64,000 nucleotides of DNA from Balanoglossus misakiensis (GCA_040954595.2 CM082583.2:12139222-12203221), one strand, 5' to 3'; numbered from the stretch's first letter, positions 1 to 13,183 are shown. Numbers and translations: made by a program. The notes: a model not told the origin generated them from the letters alone.

Positions 1-521
1 GGTTATAGCTCATAGAATGGAAATGCTATTCACTACGCCAATAGGATACACGGGGCAATTTCCGTCCTCAATTTGGCTGACATAAAGGCAGCAATTTTGT
101 GTTCATGTTCTGATTTGCTGATCACATTGCTTTGTGGACTAAAGGCCCCAGTTTTAGATGCGAAAGGTATAGGATTATAAGCAACTGAATGAAACTCCTC
201 CGAGCCTCTCTGTGCGAATGGTTAACTGTACGAAATACGATGTGAAAGGGTGGTTGTCCTTATTTTGAATATCTGAACACAAAGGAGATTGACGTGCCCA
301 CATGAATACTGTAACGCTTGTTGCCTTGATCCGTGTGGCCTTGGTGGCTTGCTCGCACTTTTGGCCGCGAAAGACGAGTAGCAGTTGTCCTACTTTGGTG
401 ATCTAAAAATAGCGCGTCACCGCGACGACCTGCCCGCCTCTACTACCCTATCGCCAGCATTATTGATCTTAGATTTAATACCGGGACGAGTCAACACGGC
501 AGTGTGGGCACGGGTTCCAGC

Positions 522-535
522 GTTTCCATGGCGAC
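522..535. promoter_or_regulatory. RFX X-box-like palindrome GTTTCCATGGCGAC upstream of the 445-aa gene
   Basis: Close match to the X-box consensus GTNRCC(N0-3)RGYAAC; function inferred only. Confidence 0.4.
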
Positions 536-1713
536 TGTTTAACTAATGAAATTTGTCGACAAATTGCGAGAATAGTCGGGGGGATTGCTTGTAAACGTCG
601 TAGCAACGCCACCAAAACATGACCTGCGCTGGGATAACTTGCTTTATGATGGTGGCGGCGAGTCAATTAACTTGCTCGAATTAGTCTGCAGAAAAATTTA
701 ATGTGTTAGTTCGTGGGGGAAAACACGACTGTGGAAAGATGGCGATAATATTCCACGTTAAATCAGATTTAATTTAAGCGCCTAATTAGCCACCGACTCA
801 AACCCAAAAATCAATACAAATTATTTAACTTGGCTCCTTAAGGATGAAATTAAATATAGCCTGATGACGTAACAGTCGATGATTCAAATACCTGTCGTGT
901 ATCATTTGCAGACTAGTCGCACGTCTTATTACTCTTTCAAAGTGTAATGACTCGCACCGATTAAAAGCACTCGTTGAAATGCCCCTAGTGATTTATATCG
1001 GAGCGAAGCAAACAGGTTGGAATTAGTTTGGAAACGTCACGTGATTAAGGAACTCAAATATGTGTGACGTACCACACATGTGGTACTCTAAAATGTCCTG
1101 GTGTCCAGTAGCCCGGGGTGTGTGAACAGGAAGAATGCACATTTTTGCCGGTCAATGGCTGTTGCGTTTTTGAAGGAATCTTTTCCGTTGCTAGCCTTTG
1201 CTCTTGTGTCGGCGTCACCAAATGCTTCCGGCCGCTGTAAAATGGTGAACTAACGTTCAATTGTGCCCCATGCAATCAAACCACTGACTGTTGTAATAAC
1301 ACCACGCGTTTTGTATTTTTCTTTTGTTCGCAGGTTACAATGGAGACATCGCCTGGCCGTGTAGTTCGGGGCGAATTACACTGGAAACATATCGGATAAT
1401 GACGACCCAAGACGGGCTATTTGATTTGCGCAACACGAAGATAAATCGCTTTATTTCGGTTTAGAAGTCTAACGCCCCGGAGGTAGTCAGGATTTCAACG
1501 TCTGAATCTGAAACGGCCGCTGGATTGAGGATTAACCTTGTTTAAAATAATCGGCGAACTATATGATAAGTCTCGACTACAATTCCGCGTGGGGAAATTG
1601 GACAATGAACAGTAGCTGATATCCCCCAGCGATTTTGTATAAACGTCTTTATTATTTATTACAACCAACTCGTAAAATATCCAAGAGAGGCTTATCTACG
1701 ACTCCACTCCAAA

Positions 1714-3051
1714 ATGGCCGAAGTTAAGCTGACTAAAAAGGCGCTACAGGGGTCGATGCTGGCTTACACAGATCGCATGCGCGAACTTTCCCAGAAGAAA
1801 GCCATTAAGAATATCCCATCGGTCCTCACGCCAAAACTGGTCGCAGACGACGCCTTCCAGGTCAGTTTTTCCCTAGGAGGCGCCAAAATGGTGACCAAGT
1901 CAGAGGAGCTACCGCAAACCGAAGAGCAGAGCCTGACCATTGAACCGCTCTATCGGTCCGAAATCAAAACGCGAAAGCAGGCGTCGGCAAAATCGCGCCG
2001 GAAGGGGTCGTTCTTGCCAAATATCCACCAAGGACACAACTCAACAAGTTACCAAAGGTCCCACGCCTATAATATGTCCGACATGTACAGTACGATAAAA
2101 TCAACCGGGTACAGCATTGGGACTTCCAGTTCCCAGGTGGAGATCGTCGATATTCTGCCCTATCCAGATTTCAGTACGGACTCCTACTCCTCCTCGTTAA
2201 CGACGTCCAAGCCCATCTCTTCCCAGAACAAGCCCATGGTTAGAAATCGGGGCATGCACAAAAAGAACTTTTACGCGCGAAAGAAACGTCCACCAACTCC
2301 TCCCAAGTCGAAGTCCAAACCCAACAAAAGGCCGCGACCGAAGAAGCCGACGAAGGGCAAGCGGCGAGGGGGAAAGAACGGAGCCGACGATCCACGAAAA
2401 TTTCCGATCAAAAAGCAGTTCATCTGGTCGGAGCTCATGGACCAAGAGCTAAAGAGCCACATCCCTCCGCGGGTGCCGGGCAGCAAGCTGAAGCCGAACT
2501 ACAGGCGAACGAGCACCGGCGACATTTACATACCCGACGGCCCGATCGAGATCGAACTCGAGCGCCTGGCCACGCTGAATATGGACTCGCCGACGGAGAA
2601 GCAGCTCAGCGGTGCCTACGCCGAGGAAATCAAAGCCTTGATGGAGAGGAACGCTAAGCGCCGGGCGGAGGCGAAGGCCGCTAGAAAGAAAGCAAAGAAA
2701 AAGGTGAAGTTCGTCTTCCCGCCCGGATACACCGACAGCGAGAGCAGCAGCGACGATGACGACGAGTATACGGACATCGAATCCGACCCGAACGTTAGCG
2801 ACAACACGAAAGACGTCGGCGAACGGTCGGAAAACGCGGAGGAAGGCGGCGGCGGCGCGAACGATGACGGATCCCGCCAACTTCCCAACGACGATATCAC
2901 AATTACTTCAGTCCAGGACTCGGTCGCCTCCACGTCCCAGAACGGCGAAGGAGGCCAATCCCCGTCCTCCGTCATAGTGGAGATCGTCAACCGGGAATCG
3001 GAAAAGAAATCATCTCCGCCTCTTCCGTCATTACCACCGGTTAGCAGTTGA
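1714..3051 (+). CDS. Uncharacterised 445-aa Lys/Ser-rich, probably disordered protein with KKVKF (RVxF-type) motif; single coding exon
   Basis: Long ORF with Kozak-like start (AAAATGG) and higher GC than its flanks. A strong splice acceptor at 1332-1333 (long T tract + CGCAG) followed by an in-frame stop indicates a 5'UTR intron. AATAAA at 4108-4113 is followed by a GT-rich tract. Shares a motif with the ORF at 7596-10016. Confidence 0.85.
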   Translation: MAEVKLTKKALQGSMLAYTDRMRELSQKKAIKNIPSVLTPKLVADDAFQVSFSLGGAKMVTKSEELPQTEEQSLTIEPLYRSEIKTRKQASAKSRRKGSFLPNIHQGHNSTSYQRSHAYNMSDMYSTIKSTGYSIGTSSSQVEIVDILPYPDFSTDSYSSSLTTSKPISSQNKPMVRNRGMHKKNFYARKKRPPTPPKSKSKPNKRPRPKKPTKGKRRGGKNGADDPRKFPIKKQFIWSELMDQELKSHIPPRVPGSKLKPNYRRTSTGDIYIPDGPIEIELERLATLNMDSPTEKQLSGAYAEEIKALMERNAKRRAEAKAARKKAKKKVKFVFPPGYTDSESSSDDDDEYTDIESDPNVSDNTKDVGERSENAEEGGGGANDDGSRQLPNDDITITSVQDSVASTSQNGEGGQSPSSVIVEIVNRESEKKSSPPLPSLPPVSS

Positions 3052-4107
3052 CCCGGGTGGACCTCCGGCACAGCGATCTCTCTCGAGAGCGTTATGCCTG
3101 CATACTAAGTACTCTCACAGATTTAAAATGCACTTGTACTGTATGGAACATTTTGTTGAACGAAAACGTCTGATTGTCTATGATCACAGTTTGAGTTTGG
3201 TGTTGAATGTTGTGTTTTAAAAATTACTAGTTACCTATTCGCCGAGAGCAAATTGTTACACATGATCTACCCATTTTGCATAAGGTCAAAATCTTAAAAT
3301 ACAAAGTTGGAAGTATACAGTATATTTTATCCAGTATTCAGAAGACTGTATCAGTCGCGTTCCCAGAATGCAGTGTGGTGGCAGCTCTACAAACATTAAT
3401 TATTATTTTCATCAATATCCTGTATTCAAGCATATGAGGAGCTGTTTTTGAAAACTACCATAACAAGAGCTCAACACCTTTTACTAAAAATATTCACAAA
3501 ATCATAAATTTTCATTGCGCATGGAATTTGAAATTCCAAACTCATCCGGGAACTTTAACTCGGAACCACCTGTTGACCAACTGTAGTTTTCACAGCGATC
3601 GGCATCCAAAGAAAACGTGCTGGCTTGAATTTCATAGGCCATCCCAGAATATCTTTGTAAGGCAAAATGATGTCGAAATTCATGGTGATATAAGGTTTAA
3701 TCAACTCATGCTCAGTATAGAATTTGGCCATAACTCGGTGGAGATACCTTTTTAAGAGAGAACAAACGGCGAAGTTTATATTTACCGAATTTCAGCATTA
3801 CTGGATATTTTCATATCAGCTCATTTTACAGTACGGCGGTTTCTATGGTTGCAATGACGGCTCTGTGTTGTATTTCGAGACGAATATATCGATGTCAGTG
3901 GTTTTAGCTCAAGTATTCGTGTGTGTTTTTCCATACGATTTACTCATCATCGACATGTACATATATATTTTTAAAGCAAAATTGAAATGTAAAGATTTAT
4001 AAGGAAAATGTTTTTAATTGTATCTCGCTTTATGCTTCGTTTGTGTACTCTGTTCCGGAATAGGAACGGAGTTTTCCCGTATTTGAATTGCCTTTCCACG
4101 TGGAGGA

Positions 4108-4113
4108 AATAAA
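4108..4113 (+). terminator. Probable polyadenylation signal of the 445-aa gene
   Basis: AATAAA followed about 20 nt later by GTGCATTGTGTGTTGT, a GT-rich downstream element. Confidence 0.5.
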
Positions 4114-5214
4114 ACTCATACATCTCCAAGTGCATTGTGTGTTGTCATGGCAGCGCGCGCCATTTATCACGCAGGTAATATTTGCTTCACGACAGCATTT
4201 CTTGAACAAAAGGAAAGACCCTTCGTGTTTCTCTTTAAAATATTGCCAATAAATTACAATGAATCCGCTGCTAATGTTGTTATGAAGTGGGCCATTTAGT
4301 TAAACTCTTGTAATGGAGAGATCTCCGTTAAGACCAGGAATATTTTGAATAAACATTACTTTTCCTAAACACTTCACTGTCTTTTCACGTTTGCTGCTCA
4401 GCGGCACACTGGAGTGAAAGTGTTCCAACACACGGATAATTGTGAAGGGTGTGTCGCCCTCTTGAGTCAGACGTGTTACTGTCTGTGCTTTTGTTCTCGT
4501 CTACCAAAGCGTTCTTCCCTAACGACATCAATTCCCCATAAGGTCACTTGAACTATCTTGGTTTCTATATGTCGCATAGCAACGCGATCGCATAGATCGG
4601 GACAGCCTATGGGCGCACGGTTATTTGTGTTTCACCCCTGTATACCCGGATGTTAAAGTTGCCGGGGGTTTTGTGTGCTAGAGTTTTGTCACTCGCACAG
4701 ATTTGCTCGACACCACTTGAAAAATGAGAAACAGTATACACCAAACTCGAAAAAAATATGCCAAAGTACGGAGATTGAACGGTTTAAGAGGAAAGTAAAT
4801 ACATTTTAAGCGAGATTCGTCGATTATTTCCTTGGCGCGGAATGGTTCGTTACCGTGGCGACGGACTATGCCATACGACCACACGGTTTTTTTCACGCTA
4901 CGTAATTTACAAAGCAAAATCCAAATTCACTTTTATCAACATTTGCTAAAGCGACTGACTCACATCGATTTATTCTCGAACGCTAAAAGCATCGCTATTT
5001 ACATCAGTTGATGGAGCGCCCTAATGAAATTTACGCGCATGTGACAATATGGATTGGCATTACATTAACCAGGGCCATTCATTTCAATCGATTGCACACT
5101 CGTTTGCTTTGGCATTTTGTTACCCTGGACCTGGATCATTCCGTCGGCGCTGTTATACCCCTCTCCTTCACGTCATGACCTGTGAGCGTTTCTCTAAATC
5201 ATCGAATGTGGGCG

Positions 5215-5398
<184 letters not shown>

Positions 5399-7595
5399 CC
5401 TCCCTCCCCCGGCCCCTCTATCATTCTCTTTCCGTAATGGTGATAATAGTTACCCAGAGCCATATATTCAACTGGAAAATGGACTCACACGTAAAGCCGA
5501 ACGAGTTGAATTACACTAATTTACGTGCGCACTCAGGCAATTACGTATATTATTATATGTTCGATAAATGCATTGTAAATCATTACTCTGCAACCATAAG
5601 GTTCCCTGTCGTTCTCAATCCATAGAATGTCAATGTACTCTATCAGTTTAAATTGACTGGGATTTTGATTGAAACCGAGTCACACAGTGTCGAAAATTGC
5701 GCATTTCCCTCCGCCCTGATTTCGATAAACCAATCACACGGTAGACGGAAGGTCTCTTATTTCAGGTGTTATTTTACTGAAACACGCAAGGCATAAACTC
5801 ACGAAGAGCACGGTCGTATGCAATAACACTAACCAATGCTATTCAGACTGAGGCGGGAAAACACTCAGATATGCGACTTCGCACGCGGGTTGCTGAAATA
5901 GCCCTGTCGTCATGAAACTGTCGGAACAGTTTATTGGCTCGAGTTGATAAAGCAGTTCATGTGGGTTGATAGATTTGTGTATTCTTGACTCATAAATCTC
6001 AGTGGAGGCTTGGCAAACACCAACCGTGTGTACACACGCGCCTTTGCAGAGTTTGACATTCCTGTAAGCGCATTCCCCAACCATCGTCAACTCAACACTT
6101 GAAGTTTTTCACTTGTCACGCTTCCACCAGAACCACGGTTAGTAACCGTGCCAGAACTGAGTAACTATCTTGTGAAATGCTTGATGGTAGATGGTGTTCA
6201 AAAACACTAAGCAATCAGAACAAAACGGATGACGACGAAATCAGTAATGAGCCTACGAACCCATACAAATACAAGACCTTCAATCAAAAGCGACAGAATC
6301 CACCATTGTCTGAACGACAAGTCACTTCCAATTTGCTTTTCTCGCGCAGTCAGGATTTCTGAAAGCGACAATGAGACAGAAGTCTGCCTCGGGAGAAAAG
6401 AATGCCTTTGATTTCAGCTGAACTGAACAGACCTAGATAGAATAGTTCCCGCAAAAAAGAAAGACTTAAACGTCACTTGTTGCGTTTCTGAAACCCTTAG
6501 AGATGATTGTATTGAACAAGCGAGGGCTCTATAATAGAGGTATTCACTACTCTTTCCGTTCCGACACTGCACACGTACATGTATATTAGGTACACGTATT
6601 TAGATTTCAGATTTGCGCACATTGTCGGCGCTCGGTATTTTCCGCTTGACGGGTCTGTTCAAACGCAGCGCAATCAGAAGATTTTTTAGTACAGTGTGCG
6701 TGCATGAAGAAAACCCCCAACAGCTGAGTCCTCCATAAATGTGAAGAGGAAAAAGTCGCGTTTGTTGGGTCGCGGGTCCCTCCTCAAACGGTGTGTTGCT
6801 CGGAAGAGGGACCGTGATTGTGTGTAGCCACGGTACAGCTGGACACAGTCTGTGCGTCTGCATGACACATTAACAATACATGGACAAGAGCCAAAGGTGG
6901 ATAAAATACGCTTCATTTGTTAAAACGTTTGAAAAAAGTACATGTAGTAAACTCTTTTAACCGAATTTTCGTCAAAACATTGACTACGTTATAAAGACTC
7001 ACATGATATGTTCTCACTGACAGTAAATGCTCATCAGCCTGGGACGGTACACTGAAAGTTACGTAATTATTATGATAGTCAATTTAAAAATAACTGAGTA
7101 AGATGGTCGCAAATGGCAGCGAACATTTGCTGATTTGTAAACTTTGATTTCCATCGCATGAACAATAGTTGAGTTTAACATCTCCTGTATATCAGGACAG
7201 TATTGGAATTACAGATTGTGAATAAAGCTTCCGAGGCATGTCGGAATGATAAAATATCAAAATAAGACATTTCATTGATCGCTGTCGGACAACATTCTGA
7301 TGCAGTATGACTTGTCCGCACACCTCAACGATTTCCAAGTCGTGGCGCCTGGGCGGTGACGATTCCACCCTCAAATTATGAATGAATTCATTCTATTTTC
7401 TCAGACGTGACGGTCGCATGCCTGGGTGCAGTGTTGTGACGACGGGCTAACCCAAGCTGTTTCTATGGTGACACACAGAACAGTTCTTACAGTAGTGGAA
7501 TTGCAAAATGTATGCGACATCGATCATCAACAGCCGACTACCTGTATATTCTATAGCTCCCGAAACGGAGCTTCTTCAAGTTGTCATCATCGCGA

Positions 7596-10016
7596 CTACG
7601 AATTACCGCCATCAACAATGATTTCTTGTCGTTGCTGTTGTTTGTTTTTCTTTCCCCTTCTCGGTTTTCTCAGAGGTTTGTCAGAATCACGGTATATCGC
7701 TATCTCTCGGACCTCGACTTGTTCTGTGAAGCGAACTTTCTTACCTAGTCTACCGGCCGACAAATTCGACCCGCTGTCGTTGAGCCCGGCCAGGTACGAT
7801 TTCAAGGACGCGTCGTCGGTGAACTCCACGCCCGTGGCGATGGACGGAAGTCCGAGGGCGTGTTCGGTCTTAGCGTCTTCGCTGCCTGCGGGCTTGGGGC
7901 TTTTCGTGTGGGCGTCGGTGGATGGTGGGGGCAGCCCTCGCATGAGCTTACTTTGCCCCCATCTCAGTCTGTCAACCTTATCGGTCATGATGTTCCACTG
8001 GAAGTGCGTGTTTTCAAAGTCATCGATCTGCTGACCCAACATGGCCTCCGCCGCTTCGATGGCGATGCAACTACGACACTTCTCCTTGACGTTGCCATGG
8101 ACACAGGGTCCTTGATTCTGCCTGTTCATTTTACCTGTTCGCTTCATCGCCTTCTTTTCCTCCATCATCGCCCTTGGAATGAAGGAATCGTCCACATATG
8201 ACGTCACATCCGAGAGGGTAATCTTGCCCCCTGGAAATTTGGAAGGGTTGGAACTCTGTTCCAACTCTACGTTGTATCTTGACAGAATCTCCTCCGGGGT
8301 TACCACTGGTTCGTTTTCCTTACCTCGGAGACCCTTTTCCTCTTTCGTATTTTTCGACTGAGTTGACTGTTTCGCGGCCATTTCTTCTTCCGATCGTTTC
8401 GCGCTGTTTTCTGGCGACTTCTGTGCAGACGACAGATCGCTGTCGCTGCTCGTGGCGGTGCCTCTGTTCACCTGCAGAGACTTGCCGCTGACCTCCTCGT
8501 TTTTGAACTCATCGCCGTTGACCTTTTCATGGGCCATCAAACTTTTCAATTTTCGAACAGAAGGGGGGTCGTGGTGGATGACCTTATATGATTTGTGGTA
8601 GCTCTGCTCGTCAATGTCTAGAGTTTGAGAGGCGTCTTTTATCGGCAGCACTTTCAGTTTGGTGCGGCTTTTGACCGGAGAGTGCCGCTTCTTTCTCTCG
8701 CTGCTGGTTTTCACCGACGTCGGTGTTGATTGGGGCACGACGCCCATCGATCGATTCTTCCTGGCGATGGAAGCGCGGACTTTCTTTTTCATTCTTTTCC
8801 TCAGTTCCGTCACGTTCCCCTGGCCATGTTCATTCACACTCGATGGGTCTCTTGTTTCTCCGTCACGATCACTCGACTGGACCCCCTTCGGCATTTTTTT
8901 CGAGTGCTTCGCAAAGGCACCTTCGTTAACGACCTTCTTATTGTGCCGATTAAAAGTCCTCACTGATGTATGCAACGGGTTCTCTAAATTCGATTTCCTT
9001 GTTGGCCAAAAGTCCGAATCTGAAAACGAGTCTTCTTCGTTCGCCGAGTCGTCGCCCTGTAAAACGGCACGGTCTGAACTGACGAAATGTCCACCACCGG
9101 TCTTCTCGTCGTTCAGTGAGTTAGCGATGGAACTTGCATGGTTTGCACACTTATTTGCGAGGGAACACAGGATACATGTTGAGATTGCACTTTCGGATCC
9201 GATGGTGTGTTTGTGGTAGTTTGCGTCCGGGTCTGTCGCCATGGAGACAGGCGACATTGTCGGCGAATCTGGTTCGTTTTCCACTCTTGGGAGTTGCAGG
9301 CTTATTTTCAGAGTCCTGCTCTCCGTGTGTACCCACTCAAACTCGCTCTCTTTCTTCGTCTTCTTCCTTCTGGGAGTCCTGAGCTGTGATTCGTCCTTCA
9401 GAAACACGAGCTTAGTCCTCACCTTCCTGTTCATGTTCGCCTTCTTGTCCGTCGCGTCGTCGGCGTCTTTCCTCATGGCGTTCGCCAGCAACAAGTGCCC
9501 CTCCTGTCCCGGTGACGGCTTGTCGGCACGGCGCACAAAATCAAGACTGAGGCCCGTTGGGTCACTTTGCGACAGTGGATTAACGAGTTGCACTTTGTAC
9601 TCGGTACTCGTCGGCATTTCTCCGTTGACAGACTTCCGATTTAAATGCGTATTCGACTGGAAATATCTACTGGTGAGCGACAGCGACTTGGCTGGATCGA
9701 CCACGGATATCGAAGGCAGGGCCACCAGTTGCCGGTTCATTTGGAATGTCTCCGGGGATTTGTTTCTACCGGGACCGTGCGCGTGGTACAGGTGCCGGTC
9801 TCGCAACAGTTCCTGGGTCCTCCTCGTGTAGGCCATCATAGAACCCTGCATCGCGCGCTTCTGGGTCATCTCGCGATTCTTGGCCCTGATATGGTGCGTG
9901 AAATCGTCAGAGACCTGCTTCAGTATCTCCTTGGCCTGCGGGAGTGTCGCCTCGTCGTCGGCGAAGTGGACACCGGCGACGTTGACGTCCCCGGGAGCCA
10001 TGTCCGGTTCCGTCAT
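7596..10016 (-). CDS. Uncharacterised 806-aa Lys/Ser/Asp/Glu-rich, probably disordered protein with KKVRF motif and two Cys/His clusters; single coding exon
   Basis: 2.4-kb ORF with an in-frame stop (10041-10043) shortly upstream of the ATG. A strong minus-strand acceptor (CTTTTTTCTGTTGATTTTTTTACACAG, exon starting at 10218) implies a 5'UTR intron. Shares a motif with the ORF at 1714-3051. Confidence 0.9.
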   Translation of the reverse strand: MTEPDMAPGDVNVAGVHFADDEATLPQAKEILKQVSDDFTHHIRAKNREMTQKRAMQGSMMAYTRRTQELLRDRHLYHAHGPGRNKSPETFQMNRQLVALPSISVVDPAKSLSLTSRYFQSNTHLNRKSVNGEMPTSTEYKVQLVNPLSQSDPTGLSLDFVRRADKPSPGQEGHLLLANAMRKDADDATDKKANMNRKVRTKLVFLKDESQLRTPRRKKTKKESEFEWVHTESRTLKISLQLPRVENEPDSPTMSPVSMATDPDANYHKHTIGSESAISTCILCSLANKCANHASSIANSLNDEKTGGGHFVSSDRAVLQGDDSANEEDSFSDSDFWPTRKSNLENPLHTSVRTFNRHNKKVVNEGAFAKHSKKMPKGVQSSDRDGETRDPSSVNEHGQGNVTELRKRMKKKVRASIARKNRSMGVVPQSTPTSVKTSSERKKRHSPVKSRTKLKVLPIKDASQTLDIDEQSYHKSYKVIHHDPPSVRKLKSLMAHEKVNGDEFKNEEVSGKSLQVNRGTATSSDSDLSSAQKSPENSAKRSEEEMAAKQSTQSKNTKEEKGLRGKENEPVVTPEEILSRYNVELEQSSNPSKFPGGKITLSDVTSYVDDSFIPRAMMEEKKAMKRTGKMNRQNQGPCVHGNVKEKCRSCIAIEAAEAMLGQQIDDFENTHFQWNIMTDKVDRLRWGQSKLMRGLPPPSTDAHTKSPKPAGSEDAKTEHALGLPSIATGVEFTDDASLKSYLAGLNDSGSNLSAGRLGKKVRFTEQVEVREIAIYRDSDKPLRKPRRGKKNKQQQRQEIIVDGGNS

Positions 10017-12461
10017 GACGAGTAAGGGCCTTTCTCTGGTTTACAGGCCAAGTAGCGAGCTGCGTTCGGCCGACAACAAACAACCGACTGGAAACATGTG
10101 ATGCCCCTTCAGATCGATGATAGCGCTGACATTCCCATAGCTGCAACCTGTCGGTGGGCGAGAGTTGTGTTCGTTGAGTCTCGGGCGCTATTCAGTAAAC
10201 CGGCCACCAGCTTGAAGTCTGTGTAAAAAAATCAACAGAAAAAGGGCGTGGTTAGAGCAGAGAATTAGTCAAGATTTCATGACCCTTTTCTGAATTCACG
10301 ATCAAATGTCAGTACAAAAATCTACTTTTTGTACCCAGTGTGGCTCGTAAAGGGAACACCCAAGAAAGTGATTACACAGAAGTGCCAATAAATTCAGTCC
10401 CTGTGCTTTCAATGTCCCTCCTTTACGACCTTCTTCATGGTCCCTTGAGAATTTCGGCATCTTGTACAGAACTGCCGTAAACATTGGATGAAATCTCAAT
10501 TAAGGGTACCTTACATCAATGTACCAAGTTTTTTATATTCGCGCTCAATGCAAAGACATTCTGGGTCGACATCAAAAGCAACAATTAGGTCCCTTCTGGT
10601 GACTTTTGACATGACTATTCATTCGACCAGTTGCATACCCTTTTCGCTGACGTTTTTCCGACTCACAGATGACCATGACAATGAAGCGTTCTGAAATAAA
10701 ATCAATTGAACTGCGCAATCACCTGCGCTGGTCACTAACAACTGCGGCAGTGTTTAACGATAACGAGTAAGGTTATCTCGGGTCATCAAATTAATGGGTC
10801 CGACCAACAGTCCATGTGGCACCGTGACAATAACGGAGTTTAACGTGATCCCACTTGAGATAAAACAGTCCATAAAAACGGAGAAACGACACAAATAATT
10901 GGGTTTCTATCTCTTAAATATGGTGACGTCACTTTGATGGTCAAGTTGCTGCAGTTGGTTCCGACGTGTTTGGTATTTTGGACATTACGAGAGCCCATAC
11001 AAGGAGACTGACGTCACGCGACCACCTGTTGATGTGTCGTTCCAAACCAGAAGTAAAATTTTCAGTGACAACAATGGATCATGCATGTATTGTCAACGTA
11101 CTTGGCGGCATTGCGCCTTCAAGAAGCCTTCTTGGGAACAAACATGTCGGTTGTACTGTTGCGAATGCCGCTAGAATCCCACAGGTAAAGCGACCAGCCG
11201 TGTGAACACTCCTGGGTTTCAGTGATCAAAATTCAAACCCGAACGAGACACGGTCTGCTTTCGCCTCAGCGTTGCCAAGGCGCTTAAGCGACGCCATACA
11301 GAAGCAAATCAAGAGAACATATTAAAATGCCCCCGCTTTGTCAGGCTAAACTACAACATTACCGGTCAGCAGCGCCGAAATATTCCTGGGAGATCACCAC
11401 AGCTTGCCCGGAGATCTTCTAAACACCTGTTCAAACCATCCGTTGAATAGAAGAGGTAACGCGGGGGTTTATATCTAATAAGCCGTTGGGATGTTCGTCT
11501 CAGCCGAGTCACGCAAGGATATGATTAGAATTTGCCACCGTAAGCGTCGTATTTGTGTTAGAATTCTTATTTCATCATGCTCAAAGACTGCGATTATTAA
11601 CGCTCAATTGTCACTCACGCACCGCCATGGTCGACCAGATTACGACACAACCGAGACATTATTAATTATGTTTATATTTAACACGCCCCGCATTGCATCT
11701 ATCGCGAGGGAATTCCCGACGAAGGGACTGCGAAATTTAAAGTTTTTTCTTCAATTCTGCCTGAGTTTTTGTACCATATTTTATTCCTACAGTAATCCGT
11801 GTTTGATGGGGAGGGTCTCACTTCATCGATATTCGTGTCAAAGATTACAAGCTGGTAATTAAGACGGCCATCTTGTAATTAAAGACGACAGAAATACGCC
11901 AAACTCATCGATCGCCATTCTTTCTCGCTTTCTGATTGAAATGGTATTTTTACATTTCCGAACTTGTTCCCGCACAACGATTTGATTCGAGTAATCGAAG
12001 CGCAGCAAAAGGGCTCGAATTCGACAATTAGAAGTTATCTGCGCTGTTGTAATTTCGTGTTTCATTGAAGAAGCCAAGGCCAAAAGGTTACGCCATCGGC
12101 GGTGAGAAAATCAATCGTTTAAATTATCGCCACTAAATTATTCAAATAGTACATTACCATAGAACATGCACCTGTAAACTTTCCAGCTGTGACTTGATGT
12201 CCGCATCACTGACCACATCATATCTCATTTTGCTTTGCATGTGTTAGCTTGCCGGGGCAACTAGTCGTTTTTTTTCAGAGTTGCAAGAAGCGAGCAACAT
12301 GCATAGTTGCCCGGTATGCATATTGGTCCCCGGTGAAACTGACCACACAACGCTGGAATAACAAAAGCTAAAATTCAGTTGTTCACTGCATGTTTCTCAT
12401 ATTGGTTTCGAAGAATGCTTACACGTATGAAGGCAGGGTTTGACGCAAGTTCGGTACTCAC

Positions 12462-12656
12462 CTTTATATCGCTGTGAGTGTCTGTCAACAAACTCGGCTC
12501 TGTATCCACCGCGTTGTCTTGTTGTTTCATTAGCTGTGTATTGTCCATTTCGCCGGCACAATCATGCCCATGTGTACATTGTCTCGCCCCGTCACTGTCT
12601 CCAAGTTTAAAAACAAACAGGTCTTCTCCAAACACTTTCGCTCTGATCCTGTCCGC
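12462..12656 (-). other. Candidate upstream (5'UTR) exon of the 806-aa gene
   Basis: Consensus donor AAG|GTGAGT on the minus strand at 12462/12461 and a possible acceptor CTTGTTCAG at 12657-12665. The 5' boundary is uncertain and this could be a first exon. Confidence 0.4.
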
Positions 12657-13169
12657 CTGAACAAGTTGCACACTTCACACGTCGGCGTGGTATCTTCTCC
12701 GTGCGGCGAATGGTGCGACTGGCTGTAGGCCTACCACTACGGGGTTACACCTGTCAACAGAGCAGCGGGCAACGTTTGACCCCTGCGACGAGTCCCTGTT
12801 GAACCGAGCCGAAAAACGCGACAGGAGCCCCCATCATGTCAAAGCGACGCAAATAGAACGGGCGTGAATTATTTAGTGATTAATTGCGACAGGTCCAATT
12901 CACCGGGTTGGTGTTGTGCGCTGAGGATCGGGTGTGAAAGGTCACAGGTGATGTGCCACCAGAATATTTACATCAACACTTATGCTATAGTTGAGATCTG
13001 AACAAGAAGCACTCCAGTTCACCGATTAAACAACAAGACACTCCGCGATGGTGCACATTAACGCCCCGGAGGAGATGTGTACCATTCTTTTGTGTAAAGG
13101 GATACCTCATTATTTAATAATGTCGCTACATATCCCCCTTCTTCCTTCATACCAAGGATTGGGGGCGTC

Positions 13170-13183
13170 GTCGCCTTGGTAAC
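13170..13183. promoter_or_regulatory. RFX X-box-like site GTCGCCTTGGTAAC upstream of the 806-aa gene
   Basis: Matches GTNRCC-NN-RGYAAC. Confidence 0.4.
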
